A stretch of 42,096 nt of DNA, taken from a virus. Taxonomy: Duplodnaviria; Caudoviricetes. The first letter of the stretch is position 1. Every line of letters begins with the position of its first letter. Below, one piece after another: positions 16,921 through 26,574 of the stretch. The translations under genes and the position numbers were made by a program. The DNA is taken from the IMG/VR virus record IMGVR_UViG_3300017646_000170, positions 1-42,096 of that record. One strand, given 5' to 3'. The notes beneath the pieces were generated by a model. It was not told the DNA's origin, did no database searches, and saw only the letters and a program-made list of their open reading frames with translations.

Positions 16921-17009
16921 CGTCGTCTCCCGTATCGGGGCGCGCGGGATGCGGGCCCTTCTACGAGGTCGAGCCCGCCAGTCGCGGGCGGGACCGAGAG
17001 CGGGTCGTC

Positions 17010-17234
17010 TCACTCGGCGTGTTCGCCTTCGCTGAAGGCCATGTCAGTGATCTCGCGCAGCTTGGCGCGGTAGTGGTTCAGGGTGCCGACATGGCCCCAA
17101 TTGATCTCGTCGGGGTGGGTCTCGAAATGGTCCGCGCTCAGGGCGGCGAGCCGCTCCAGCATCGTGTCGATCTCGGACTTGGCGGCGATGAAGGCGTCGA
17201 GGGCTATCGTGTTGTCGGTCGCGCGGCGGGTCAT
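17010..17234 (-). CDS. Small hypothetical protein
   Basis: 74 aa, AAGGAG RBS, PDEINWGHVG motif. Confidence 0.75.
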   Translation of the reverse strand: MTRRATDNTIALDAFIAAKSEIDTMLERLAALSADHFETHPDEINWGHVGTLNHYRAKLREITDMAFSEGEHAE

Positions 17235-17345
17235 CCGGGTGGCTCCTTGGTGAGTTGCATCGCTTCGTTGGAGTGACGTTCGCTCCGGTCGCGACGCTTA
17301 TCAACTCGATAAGCACATGATCTTGAATGATAATCGGAGGCGTCG

Positions 17346-17942
17346 ATGCAGGGCATGAGCGAGCGCCAGTACGCCGCCCATGTCGGGCTGTCGCGGGGCG
17401 CGATCCAGAAGGCCAAGGCCGCCGAGCGGCTGGTCCTCTATCCCGACGGCAGCATCAACGCGGCGGCCAGTGACGCGCGGCGGGCGGAAACGACGGACCC
17501 GTCCAAGACCCGAAAGCCGCCCGCGCCGAAGCTGAAGCCGGTGCCCGAGGCCGCTGTCGCCGCCGTGGGCGACACGCTCCGCGAACAGGGGCTGGCAGTT
17601 CCCGCCGTCGGCGGCGGCACGACCTTCCTGCAGGCCAAGACGGCGAACGAGGTGCTGAAGGCGCAGGAGCGGCGCATCCGGCTTCAGAAGCTGAAGGGGG
17701 AATTGATCGAGCGGGCCCGTGCGCTGGCGCTGGTGTTCCGCCTGGCGCGGGAGGAACGGGACGCATGGGTGAACTGGCCTGCACGCGCGGCGGCGCTGAT
17801 GGCGGCCGAGCTTTCGGCCTCGTGCCGCGACGCGACGAGCCAGCAGATCACCGTGGAGCCAGCCGTGATGCAGAAGGTTCTGGAAAAACATGTACGCGCC
17901 CACCTCGACGAACTCGCCGAGGTCCGGCCCGACTTCCGGTGA
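17346..17942 (+). CDS. Putative terminase small subunit
   Basis: N-terminal HTH (SERQYAAHVGLSRGAIQKA), coiled coil then KLKGELIE (Nu1-like); directly upstream of the large terminase. Confidence 0.75.
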   Translation: MQGMSERQYAAHVGLSRGAIQKAKAAERLVLYPDGSINAAASDARRAETTDPSKTRKPPAPKLKPVPEAAVAAVGDTLREQGLAVPAVGGGTTFLQAKTANEVLKAQERRIRLQKLKGELIERARALALVFRLAREERDAWVNWPARAAALMAAELSASCRDATSQQITVEPAVMQKVLEKHVRAHLDELAEVRPDFR

Positions 17943-19893
17943 CGATGATGGCCTGACGGACTTCGACGGCGCGGGCGAGATCCTGCGCGCCTGGGGCAAC
18001 GGGCTGCGGCCCGACCCGGACCTGACCGTCTCGGAATGGGCGGACCGGCACCGGATGCTGTCGGGCCGCGCATCGGCCGAGCCCGGGCGGTATCGCACGG
18101 TGCGCACGCCCTACATGCGCGAGATCATGGACCGGCTGAGCCCCGGCGATCCCACGCAGCGGATCGTGTTCATGAAGGCCGCACAGGTCGGCGCGACCGA
18201 GGCGGGCAACAACTGGATCGGGTTCGTGATCCACCAGGCGCCGGGCCCGATGCTCGCGGTCCAGCCGACGGTGGAACTGGCCAAGCGCAACTCGCGCCAG
18301 CGGATCGACCCGCTGATCGACGAGAGCCCCGAGCTGCGAGAGCGGGTCAAACCGGCGCGCTCGCGCGACGCGGGCAACACGATGCTGTCCAAGGAATTCG
18401 CGGGCGGCATCCTGATCATGACAGGGGCGAACTCGGCGGTCGGACTGCGGTCCACGCCGGCGCGGTACATCTTCCTCGACGAGGTGGACGCCTATCCGGC
18501 CTCAGCCGACGAGGAAGGCGATCCGGTGACGCTGGCCGAGGCCCGGTCGCTGACCTTCGCCCACCGGCGAAAGGTGCTGCTGGTCTCGACGCCCACCATC
18601 CGGGGGCTGTCGCGCATCGAGCGGGAATTCGAGGCGAGTGACCAGCGCCGGTTCCACGTGCCATGCCCGCATTGCGGCGCGATGCAATGGCTGAAGTTCG
18701 ACCGGCTGCGCTGGCAGAAGGGACGGCCGGAAACGGCGGAATATCACTGCGAGGGCTGCGACGCGGCAATCGCGGAACACCACAAGACGGCGATGCTGGA
18801 GGGTGGCGAATGGCGGGCGACCGCCACCGCCGCTGATCCGACCACGGTCGGGTATCACCTCTCGGCGCTCTATTCGCCGATCGGCTGGCTGAGCTGGGAG
18901 CGGATCGTGCGGGCATGGGACGCGGCGCAGGGCTCGGACGAGGCGATCAAGGCATTCCGCAACACGATCCTCGGCGAGACATGGGTCGAGACCGGGGAAG
19001 CCCCGGACTGGCAGCGGCTCTACGACCGTCGCGAGCGCTGGACGTCCGGCACGGTGCCTGCGGGCGGGCTGTTCCTGACGGCCGGGGCCGACGTGCAGAA
19101 GGACCGGATCGAGGTCGACGTCTGGGCCTGGGGTCGTGGGCTGGAAAGCTGGCTCGTCGATCATGTCGTGATCGAGGGCGGGCCGGATCGGCATGACGCC
19201 TGGTCGGAACTGACGGCGCTGCTGGACCGAAGCTGGCCGCACGAGCGCGGCGCGCATCTCAGGATCGCGCGGCTCGCCATCGATACCGGCTACGAGGCCC
19301 CGGCGGTCTATTCCTGGTCGCGGGCGCAGGGCTTTGGGCAGGTGTCGCCGGTCAAGGGCGTCGAGGGGTTCAACCGCTCGAGCCCGGTGTCGGGCCCGAC
19401 CTTCGTCGACGCGACCGAGGGCGGAAAACGCCTGCGGCGCGGGGCGCGGCTCTGGACCGTGGCGGTGTCGACCTTCAAGGCCGAGACCTACCGCTTCCTG
19501 CGACTGGCGCGGCCGACCGAGGAGGAGATGGCCGACGGGGCGGCATTCCCGCCCGGCTCGGTGCACCTGCCGCACTGGGTCGAGAACGAATGGCTGAAGC
19601 AGTTCGTGGCCGAGCAGTTGGTGACGGTGCGCACGAAGCGCGGCTTTGCCCGGCTGGAATGGCAGAAGCTGCGCGAACGAAACGAGGCGCTGGATTGCCG
19701 GGTCTATGCCCGCGCCGCCGCCTGGATCGCGGGCGCGGATCGCTGGTCTGAGGCGAAATGGCGCGACCTCGAGGATCAGCTCGGGGCGGCGCCAACGGAA
19801 ATGGATGGCGCAGGGCGGGTCAACCGACCGCAATCCGCACCCGAAGGAAAGCGGCAGTCGGACTGGCTGGGCCGACGCGGAGGATGGTTCTGA
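17890..19893 (+). CDS. Terminase large subunit, lambda GpA family
   Basis: KAAQVGATE, FLDEVDAYP, STPT, CPHC, GADVQKDR, NEALDC; start codon uncertain. Confidence 0.95.
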   Translation: MYAPTSTNSPRSGPTSGDDDGLTDFDGAGEILRAWGNGLRPDPDLTVSEWADRHRMLSGRASAEPGRYRTVRTPYMREIMDRLSPGDPTQRIVFMKAAQVGATEAGNNWIGFVIHQAPGPMLAVQPTVELAKRNSRQRIDPLIDESPELRERVKPARSRDAGNTMLSKEFAGGILIMTGANSAVGLRSTPARYIFLDEVDAYPASADEEGDPVTLAEARSLTFAHRRKVLLVSTPTIRGLSRIEREFEASDQRRFHVPCPHCGAMQWLKFDRLRWQKGRPETAEYHCEGCDAAIAEHHKTAMLEGGEWRATATAADPTTVGYHLSALYSPIGWLSWERIVRAWDAAQGSDEAIKAFRNTILGETWVETGEAPDWQRLYDRRERWTSGTVPAGGLFLTAGADVQKDRIEVDVWAWGRGLESWLVDHVVIEGGPDRHDAWSELTALLDRSWPHERGAHLRIARLAIDTGYEAPAVYSWSRAQGFGQVSPVKGVEGFNRSSPVSGPTFVDATEGGKRLRRGARLWTVAVSTFKAETYRFLRLARPTEEEMADGAAFPPGSVHLPHWVENEWLKQFVAEQLVTVRTKRGFARLEWQKLRERNEALDCRVYARAAAWIAGADRWSEAKWRDLEDQLGAAPTEMDGAGRVNRPQSAPEGKRQSDWLGRRGGWF

Positions 19894-19894
19894 C

Positions 19895-20104
19895 ATGACC
19901 GACTGGACGGAAACGGAGCTCTCGGCGCTTCGCCGGGCCTACGCCAGCGGCACGACGCGCGTCAGCTATGACGGCAAGTCGGTCGACTACGGTTCGGCCG
20001 AGGATCTGCTCGCCCGCATCCGGACCATCGAACGTGCCGTCGCGGGCGTCAGCCGTCCGCTGCCGGTGGCTGGGCTGGCTGGTTTCTCGCGCGGGGATCG
20101 CTGA
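19895..20104 (+). CDS. Head completion protein (gpW-like)
   Basis: 69 aa between terminase and portal; G..RV.YDGKSV.Y. Confidence 0.82.
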   Translation: MTDWTETELSALRRAYASGTTRVSYDGKSVDYGSAEDLLARIRTIERAVAGVSRPLPVAGLAGFSRGDR

Positions 20105-21645
20105 TGTCGGCGACCTGGTTCGATCACGCCATCGCCACGGTGGCGCCGCGCATGGCGGCCCGCCGTGTCATGGCGCGGCAGGCGTTCGAGACCCTGACGC
20201 GCGGTTACGACGGCGCCGCGCGCGGACGGCGGACCGAGGGCTGGCGCGCGCCGGGATCCTCGGCCGACACCGAGATCGGCGTCGCCGGGGCGCTCCTGCG
20301 CGACCGGATGCGGGATCTCGTGCGCAACAACCCGCATGCGGCCAAGGCCGTGGCGGTGCTGGTCAACAACATCATCGGCGCGGGGATCATGCCGCGCGCC
20401 GCCAGCGGCGACGACACGCTGGACCGGAAGGTCGACGCGCTGTTCGAGCGCTGGACGGCGGAGTGCGACGCCGACGGTCAGCTGGACTTCTACGGCCTGC
20501 AGACGCTGATCTGCCGCGAGATGGTCGAGGCGGGCGAGGTGCTGGTCCGTCGAAGGCTGCGACGTGCGAGCGACGGTCTGCCCGTGCCGCTGCAATTGCA
20601 GGTTCTCGAGGCGGACTTCCTCGACGCCACCAAGTCCGGCGCCCTCGGCGCGGGGCGGCTCGTGCAGGGGATCGAGTTCGACCCTGTCGGCAAGCGCCGC
20701 GCCTACTGGCTGCATGCCGAACATCCTGGTGACGCCTATGGGGCGTTACAGAACGGATTGCAGAGCCGCCCGGTGCCAGCGTCAGAGATCGCCCATGTCT
20801 ACGAGAAGCAGCGCACGCAGGCGCGTGGCGTTCCCTGGGGTGCGCCGGTGATCCGCAGCCTGCGCGATCTCGACGACTACGAGGTGGCCGAACTGGTCCG
20901 CAAGAAGACCGAGGCCTGCGTCACCGCCATCGTCTTCGGCGACGACGAGGCCCAGCAGGGCATCGCGCCCTCCGTGGTCGACGCCGATGGTAACCGGGTC
21001 GAGCAGTTCGAGCCGGGCCTGATCGCCTATGCCCGCGGCGGCAAGGACATCCGCTTCAACCAGCCCTCCGCCACCGGCGGCTACGGTGAGTACAAGCGCG
21101 CCAGCCTGCACACGATCTCGGCCGGATTCCGGGTGCCCTACGAGCTGCTGACCGGCGATCTCAGCCAGGTGAACTATTCCTCGATCCGGGCGGGCCTCGT
21201 GGAGTTCCGCCGCCAGATCGACGCCGTCCAGTGGCAGCTGTTCATTCCGATGTTCTGCGCGCCGGTCTGGCGCTGGTTCACGGAAGCAGCGTGGGCGGCG
21301 GGCCAGATCCCGTCGCCGATCGTGCCGGTCGAATGGTCGCCGCCGAAGTTCGAGGCGGTCGATCCGCAGAAGGACGCGATGGCGAACCTGCTGTCGATCC
21401 GCTCCGGCACCATGACCTTGGCCGAGGTGATCGCGAAACAGGGCCGCAACCCCGACGCGGTGCTGGCCGAGATCGCTGCCACCAACGCGAAGCTCGATGC
21501 GCTGGGGCTGGTGCTCGACAGCGATCCGCGGCGGGTCACCAAGACCGGCAGCGCGCAGACCGGCGATCCGGCGGCCGATCCCGCCGCCGACGACCCCTCC
21601 GCCAAAGCGGAAACCGACCCGGCGCAGGCCGACCAACAGGACTGA
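20104..21645 (+). CDS. Portal protein, lambda family
   Basis: RDLVRNNP, Q.RGVPW, PYELLTGDLS.VNYSS.R, VDP.KD. Confidence 0.95.
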   Translation: MSATWFDHAIATVAPRMAARRVMARQAFETLTRGYDGAARGRRTEGWRAPGSSADTEIGVAGALLRDRMRDLVRNNPHAAKAVAVLVNNIIGAGIMPRAASGDDTLDRKVDALFERWTAECDADGQLDFYGLQTLICREMVEAGEVLVRRRLRRASDGLPVPLQLQVLEADFLDATKSGALGAGRLVQGIEFDPVGKRRAYWLHAEHPGDAYGALQNGLQSRPVPASEIAHVYEKQRTQARGVPWGAPVIRSLRDLDDYEVAELVRKKTEACVTAIVFGDDEAQQGIAPSVVDADGNRVEQFEPGLIAYARGGKDIRFNQPSATGGYGEYKRASLHTISAGFRVPYELLTGDLSQVNYSSIRAGLVEFRRQIDAVQWQLFIPMFCAPVWRWFTEAAWAAGQIPSPIVPVEWSPPKFEAVDPQKDAMANLLSIRSGTMTLAEVIAKQGRNPDAVLAEIAATNAKLDALGLVLDSDPRRVTKTGSAQTGDPAADPAADDPSAKAETDPAQADQQD

Positions 21646-21649
21646 CCTC

Positions 21650-23701
21650 ATGGACACGATGATCGAATTGCCGGCCATGCGCCGGTCGGCGGAGCTTGCG
21701 CCGAACACGGCCGATGCCGACAGCCGCACCGTCGAGGTGGTCTGGTCGGCCGGGGCGCGCGTTCGTCGCGCGACCTTCTTCGGCGAGCCCTATGATGAGG
21801 AGCTCAGCCTCGACCCGGCCCATGTCCGCCTCGACCGGCTGAACGCGGGCGCACCGTTCCTGAAGGTGCACGAGCTCGACACGCTCGACGCGGTGATCGG
21901 CTCTGTCGTCCCCGGTTCCGCCCGGATCGAGAACGGCCGGGGCATCGCGCTGGTCCGGATCTCTGAGCGCGCGGACGTCGAGCCGATCTGGCGCGACATC
22001 CAGGCGGGCCACATCCGGGCGGTCTCCATCGGCTACCAGGTCCACCGCTTCGAGGTCTCGAAACCCGAGGCCGCGCGCGAACTCTGGCGGGCGGTGGACT
22101 GGACGCCCTTCGAGGTCTCCGCCGTCGCGGTCGGCGCCGATCCCGCCGCGGGCTTCCGCGCCCAGCATCCCCTTCACGACTGCGTCCTCCACCGCCGGGA
22201 CGCCCCTACACCGCAAGGAGCATACCCGATGACGGACAAGACCCAGACCCCGGCGAGCGACGCCGCACTCCCCGCCACCCAGCCGACCGCGCCGGTCGAA
22301 ACCGAGGACACCCCCATGACCGAGCCGAAACCGGCTGCGCCCGACCCGAAGGTCGCCGCCAGCGAGACCCGCAGCCAGCCGAAGACGCAGGCAACGCCCG
22401 CGCCCGACACCGAAGCGGTCGCCACCCGCGCCCGTGAGGCCGAGCGTGACCGCGTCTCCACCATCTATGATCTCGCCGGGCGGCTGAACCTCGAGCGCGG
22501 CTTCGCCGAGGATCTGGTCAAGCGCGGCGTCAGCGTCGACGAGTCCCGCCGCCTGATCCTCGATCAGGTCGCGGCCAAGTCCGACGAGACCCGGACCTTC
22601 CCCCATGTCTCCGTCCCGCTGGGCGGCAGGGACGAGCGCATCACCCGTCGCGATGCCGTGGCGAATGCGCTGCTGCACCGCTACAGCCCAACACTGTTCC
22701 AGCTGGAGGACGCCGCGCGCCAGTACCGCGGCATGACGCTGCTGGAACTCGCCCGCGAAAGCCTCGGCAATGCCGGGGTCAACACGCGGGGCCTCTCGCG
22801 CGACGAGGTGGCGACGCGCGCGCTGCATTCGACCTCGGACTTCCCCGAAATCCTGTCGGCGGTCACCAACAAAACCCTGCGGCAAGCCTACGAGGCCTAT
22901 CCGCGCACCTTCATGCTGTTCTGCCGCCAGGTGCTGGCGACCGACTTCAAGGCGATGCATCGGGTCCAGCTCGGCGAGGCGCCGCAGCTTCTGGAAGTGG
23001 GCGAAAGCGGCGAGTTCAAGCGCGGCACGCTGGGCGAGAGCAAGGAGAGCTACAAGGTCAAGACCTATGGCAGGGTGGTCGCGATCACCCGGCAGGTGCT
23101 GATCAACGACGATCTGGACGCCTTCACCCGGATCCCGGCGATGTACGGCAACTCCATCGCCCAGCTGGAATCGGACGTGGTCTGGGGGATCATCACCGCC
23201 AACCCGGCGATGGCCGACGGCAACGCGCTCTTCCACACCACGCACAAGAACCTCGCGGGCACCGGCGCGGCGCTGGCGGTGGATGCGGTGGGCGCGGCGC
23301 GGGCAGCGATGGCCAAGCAGACCGGCCTCGACAAGAAGACGGTGTTGAACGTTCGTCCCGCCTTCCTGATCGTGCCCGCCTCGCTGGAACTGAAGGCCGA
23401 GCAGCTGGTCGCGCAGAACCTCGTGCCCGCCGCGACGTCCAGCGTGGTGCCGCAGTCGATCCGCACGCTCGCGCCGATCAGCGAGCCCCGGCTCGACGCC
23501 GCCAGCGAGACCGCCTGGTACCTGGCGGCTAGTCCGAACCAGATCGACACCATCGAGTACGCCTATCTCGAGGGTCAGCAGGGCGCGTACATCGAGACCC
23601 GCAACGGCTTCGACGTCGACGGCGTCGAAATCAAGTGCCGCCTCGACTTCGGCGCCAAGGCCATCGACTGGCGCGGCCTCTACAAGAACCCGGGCGCGTA
23701 A
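21650..23701 (+). CDS. Prohead protease / major capsid fusion protein
   Basis: SIGY.V and EVSAV.VGADP protease motifs; P/T/A-rich linker; HSTSDFP and DFGAKAIDWRG capsid motifs. Confidence 0.92.
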   Translation: MDTMIELPAMRRSAELAPNTADADSRTVEVVWSAGARVRRATFFGEPYDEELSLDPAHVRLDRLNAGAPFLKVHELDTLDAVIGSVVPGSARIENGRGIALVRISERADVEPIWRDIQAGHIRAVSIGYQVHRFEVSKPEAARELWRAVDWTPFEVSAVAVGADPAAGFRAQHPLHDCVLHRRDAPTPQGAYPMTDKTQTPASDAALPATQPTAPVETEDTPMTEPKPAAPDPKVAASETRSQPKTQATPAPDTEAVATRAREAERDRVSTIYDLAGRLNLERGFAEDLVKRGVSVDESRRLILDQVAAKSDETRTFPHVSVPLGGRDERITRRDAVANALLHRYSPTLFQLEDAARQYRGMTLLELARESLGNAGVNTRGLSRDEVATRALHSTSDFPEILSAVTNKTLRQAYEAYPRTFMLFCRQVLATDFKAMHRVQLGEAPQLLEVGESGEFKRGTLGESKESYKVKTYGRVVAITRQVLINDDLDAFTRIPAMYGNSIAQLESDVVWGIITANPAMADGNALFHTTHKNLAGTGAALAVDAVGAARAAMAKQTGLDKKTVLNVRPAFLIVPASLELKAEQLVAQNLVPAATSSVVPQSIRTLAPISEPRLDAASETAWYLAASPNQIDTIEYAYLEGQQGAYIETRNGFDVDGVEIKCRLDFGAKAIDWRGLYKNPGA

Positions 23702-23730
23702 TCCGCACCCCATGCTGAACCCTGACATGC

Positions 23731-23761
23731 GGGCGGCCCTGACGGGCCGCCCTTCGTCTTT
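23731..23761 (+). terminator. Intrinsic terminator after the capsid gene
   Basis: GGGCGGCCC-TGAC-GGGCCGCCC-TTCGTCTTT. Confidence 0.7.
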
Positions 23762-23778
23762 CCACGAGGATCATCCCC

Positions 23779-24114
23779 ATGAAAAACTACGTCCAGCCCG
23801 GCAACACCCTCACCCTGACCGCGCCCTATGCCGTCGCCTCCGGCGATGGCCTGCTCGTCGGCTCCATCTTCGGCATCGCCGCCGGAGACGCTGCCCTCGC
23901 CGAGCCCGTCGAGACCGCGCTCATCGGCGTCTTCGACATCACCAAGGTCGGCTCCCAGGCCTGGACCGTGGGCGCCAGGGTTTATTGGGACGACACCAAC
24001 AAGCGCTGCACCACGGTCGCGACCGACAACACTCTCGTCGGCGTGGCGGTCGAGGCGGTGGCGAGCGGCGCGGGCGACACCATCGGCCGGGTGCGCCTGA
24101 ACGCGGCGTTCTGA
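23779..24114 (+). CDS. Capsid cement / decoration protein (DUF2190-like)
   Basis: MKNYVQPG, G.RVYWD; follows the capsid gene. Confidence 0.85.
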   Translation: MKNYVQPGNTLTLTAPYAVASGDGLLVGSIFGIAAGDAALAEPVETALIGVFDITKVGSQAWTVGARVYWDDTNKRCTTVATDNTLVGVAVEAVASGAGDTIGRVRLNAAF

Positions 24115-24425
24115 TGAGCGCCTTCGCCGCAGCCGTGGGCTCGCTCTTCGCCGATCCCAACATCGGCCGGGACGCGGTCTATATCGCCGAGGGTGGCGCG
24201 CCCCAGCTGGTGCGCGTCGTCGCCCGGCGCGCCGATGCCGTGACCGACTTCGGCGACGCCCGGCTCTGGTCCGAGACCACCCGGATCGATCTGCGCGTGG
24301 CTGAGGTGCCGATCCCACGCCCCGGCGACCGCATCGAGATCGACGGCGACGCATTCCTGATCCAGGGAGAGCCCGTCCGCGACCGCGAGCTGCTGGTCTG
24401 GACCGTCGATCTGAGGCCCGCGTGA
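24114..24425 (+). CDS. Head-tail joining protein
   Basis: 103 aa MSAFAAAV...PRPGDRIEIDG; position and TGATG coupling. Confidence 0.72.
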   Translation: MSAFAAAVGSLFADPNIGRDAVYIAEGGAPQLVRVVARRADAVTDFGDARLWSETTRIDLRVAEVPIPRPGDRIEIDGDAFLIQGEPVRDRELLVWTVDLRPA

Positions 24426-25060
24426 CGGCCATGAAGCTGAAGCTCGACATCGATCCCGACATCGTCGCGATGATGGCGGCCGAGGTCGCGGCGGGCGAAC
24501 GCGCGGTGACGGCCGCCATGCGCGAAGCCGGGACCGGGTTGAAGTCGGCCTGGCGGTTGCAGATCACCGGTGCGGGGCTCGGCACGCGGCTGGCCAACTC
24601 GATCCGGAGCCAGAACTTCCCGAGATCGGGTGAGAGCCTCGACGCCGCGGCGCTGGTCTGGTCGAAGGCGCCGGTCATCGTCGGCGCGCATGACACGGGG
24701 CCGCTAATCCGCTCGATGGATGGGTTCTGGTTGGCGATCCCGCTGCCCGCCGCAGGCAAGTCCCTGCGCGGCGGCCGGATCACCCCCGGCGAATGGGAGC
24801 GCCGCCGTGGCCTCCGCCTGCGCTTCGTCTATCGCCGGACGGGCCCGAGCCTGCTGGTCGCCGAGGGGCGGCTCAACACGAAAGGCCAGGCGGTGGTTTC
24901 GCGGTCGAAGACCGGCCGCGGCAAGGTCACCGCGCCGATCTTCCTGCTGGTGCCGCAGGTCAAGCTGCCGAAGCGTCTGAATCTGGCGCGAGACGCAGAC
25001 CAGGCACTGGACAGCGTGCCGGAACTGATCGTGGCCAACTGGGTGGCGGCCAGAAAGTAA
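24422..25060 (+). CDS. Neck / tail completion-type protein (DUF6441-like)
   Basis: Basic 212-aa ORF in the neck position; WLAIP and FLLVPQV motifs. Confidence 0.72.
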   Translation: MTAMKLKLDIDPDIVAMMAAEVAAGERAVTAAMREAGTGLKSAWRLQITGAGLGTRLANSIRSQNFPRSGESLDAAALVWSKAPVIVGAHDTGPLIRSMDGFWLAIPLPAAGKSLRGGRITPGEWERRRGLRLRFVYRRTGPSLLVAEGRLNTKGQAVVSRSKTGRGKVTAPIFLLVPQVKLPKRLNLARDADQALDSVPELIVANWVAARK

Positions 25061-25090
25061 AATGGACCTCAGCTTAACTTGCTACTGGAT

Positions 25091-25714
25091 TCAGAAATCC
25101 ATTCGAGAAGTGATTGGCTGTTTGAAAAGCAAAATAGCTTTCGAGTGCCAATGCACACATAGAGCTTCGTTGATTGGTCCAGTCGTGCAAATTATGAAGC
25201 TGTCTTCAGTAGGCTTTTCCCACGGTCCCTGATGAACGCGCCTTTGAAGCTCGTGTAAAATATCATTCGGACCAAATCCGCAAGAATTTGTATAAGAACA
25301 GTCAAAAATGACACGGTCATCATCGTGTACGGTAACGCGAAGAAGCCTTTCAAGTTGGTTCTTAAACGAATCGCCGCCGCTCCAGCAGGAGCTCCGGTCG
25401 AGTTGACATTCCGCGCGCCAACTTTCGAAGGCATGGTCGAGGCTTCTTTCGGTCTCGACCGGAGTATCGGTATCAATGCAGAAGTACTTGGTAGGTTCGC
25501 CGGCGTCAGCCGAATTTGGCGTCAGAGTATTCCATGTGGGGCGACGCAAGCAGGTAAGGCCATCGCTCTCCAAGGCTGCAAGTATTTCAATTGTGGACAT
25601 GCTCCAGTCAATACCCTTCACGGATATTGGTTCGGCAGCAGCAGGGCCTGAAACAGCCTGAAAGAAAATGAGAGCTGTCCAGAAGGAAGCATTTTGTAGT
25701 GTTTTCGCTTTCAA
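25091..25714 (-). CDS. Moron: exported Cys-rich hypothetical protein
   Basis: AT-richer than flanks, antisense; signal-peptide-like N-terminus ending AAA-EP; 8 Cys; TTG start. Confidence 0.7.
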   Translation of the reverse strand: MKAKTLQNASFWTALIFFQAVSGPAAAEPISVKGIDWSMSTIEILAALESDGLTCLRRPTWNTLTPNSADAGEPTKYFCIDTDTPVETERSLDHAFESWRAECQLDRSSCWSGGDSFKNQLERLLRVTVHDDDRVIFDCSYTNSCGFGPNDILHELQRRVHQGPWEKPTEDSFIICTTGPINEALCVHWHSKAILLFKQPITSRMDF

Positions 25715-25837
25715 CTTACAGCCTCGCTTTACCGTGCTTGATCGTGGCGAATTGGATGGAAAGATTCGCTTCTTGACAATTGCTCATATACCGCCAAGCT
25801 TCCTCGGCGGCCTGTATGAGCGCGGAAAGGAAACACC

Positions 25838-26041
25838 TCAGCTAGATTTGGAAAGTGCATTCCGTGCAGCTTCAGCGAACGAACTACCTACGGCCATTTC
25901 GTCGATTTGTTCACGTTCTGCAGGTGTGACAAAACCGATCCGCCAGTTTGTGGTGAACTTCAAGATGGTCAGATGGCCATCGTATTCCTTGTTTGCAACT
26001 TCCTGAAGCTGTTTCCAAAGCTCCATTTCTTGTTCATTCAT
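25838..26041 (-). CDS. Moron: small hypothetical protein
   Basis: 67 aa, AT-richer, GAGG RBS; DGHLTILKFTTNWRIGF. Confidence 0.7.
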   Translation of the reverse strand: MNEQEMELWKQLQEVANKEYDGHLTILKFTTNWRIGFVTPAEREQIDEMAVGSSFAEAARNALSKSS

Positions 26042-26131
26042 TGCTCGACCCTCGGTGCGTTTAGTGTCTGATGATCAACAACACCTTGCGTTGACGTCGT
26101 CAAGATCTCAACCCTTCCAGCGTGAGAACCT

Positions 26132-26551
26132 ATGCCCACCCTTCGCGAAACCGTTCTCGCCGCGCTGCACGCGCGGCTCTTGGCGCTGCCCGCCACCGCA
26201 CTGCGCGGCGAGGTGCTGCCCGAGCGCGTGCCGGCCAAGGGCCTGCTGATCCTGCGTGACGGTGAACCCGGCGAGCCCGAGGTCACGCTGTCGCCGCTCG
26301 CCTACCACTACCAGCACCGCGCCGAGATCGAGGCGGTCGTGCAAGGCGCCCACCGTGACGCCGCCTTCGACGCGCTGACCGCAAGCATCGGCACGGCGCT
26401 CGCCGCCGACCGCACGCTGGGCGGGCTCTGCGACTGGGTCGAGGCCGAAGCCCCGCGCCCAGTCGATCTGCCAGTCGAGGGCGCGGCCAGCCTGAAGGCC
26501 GCCGTGATCCCGGTGGTGCTGCACTATTCCACGGCCGATCCGCTCGGCTGA
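26132..26551 (+). CDS. Putative tail terminator protein
   Basis: 139 aa immediately before the tail tube gene; DRTLGGL motif. Confidence 0.7.
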   Translation: MPTLRETVLAALHARLLALPATALRGEVLPERVPAKGLLILRDGEPGEPEVTLSPLAYHYQHRAEIEAVVQGAHRDAAFDALTASIGTALAADRTLGGLCDWVEAEAPRPVDLPVEGAASLKAAVIPVVLHYSTADPLG

Positions 26552-26574
26552 TCCCGACAACCGAGGAGAACACC

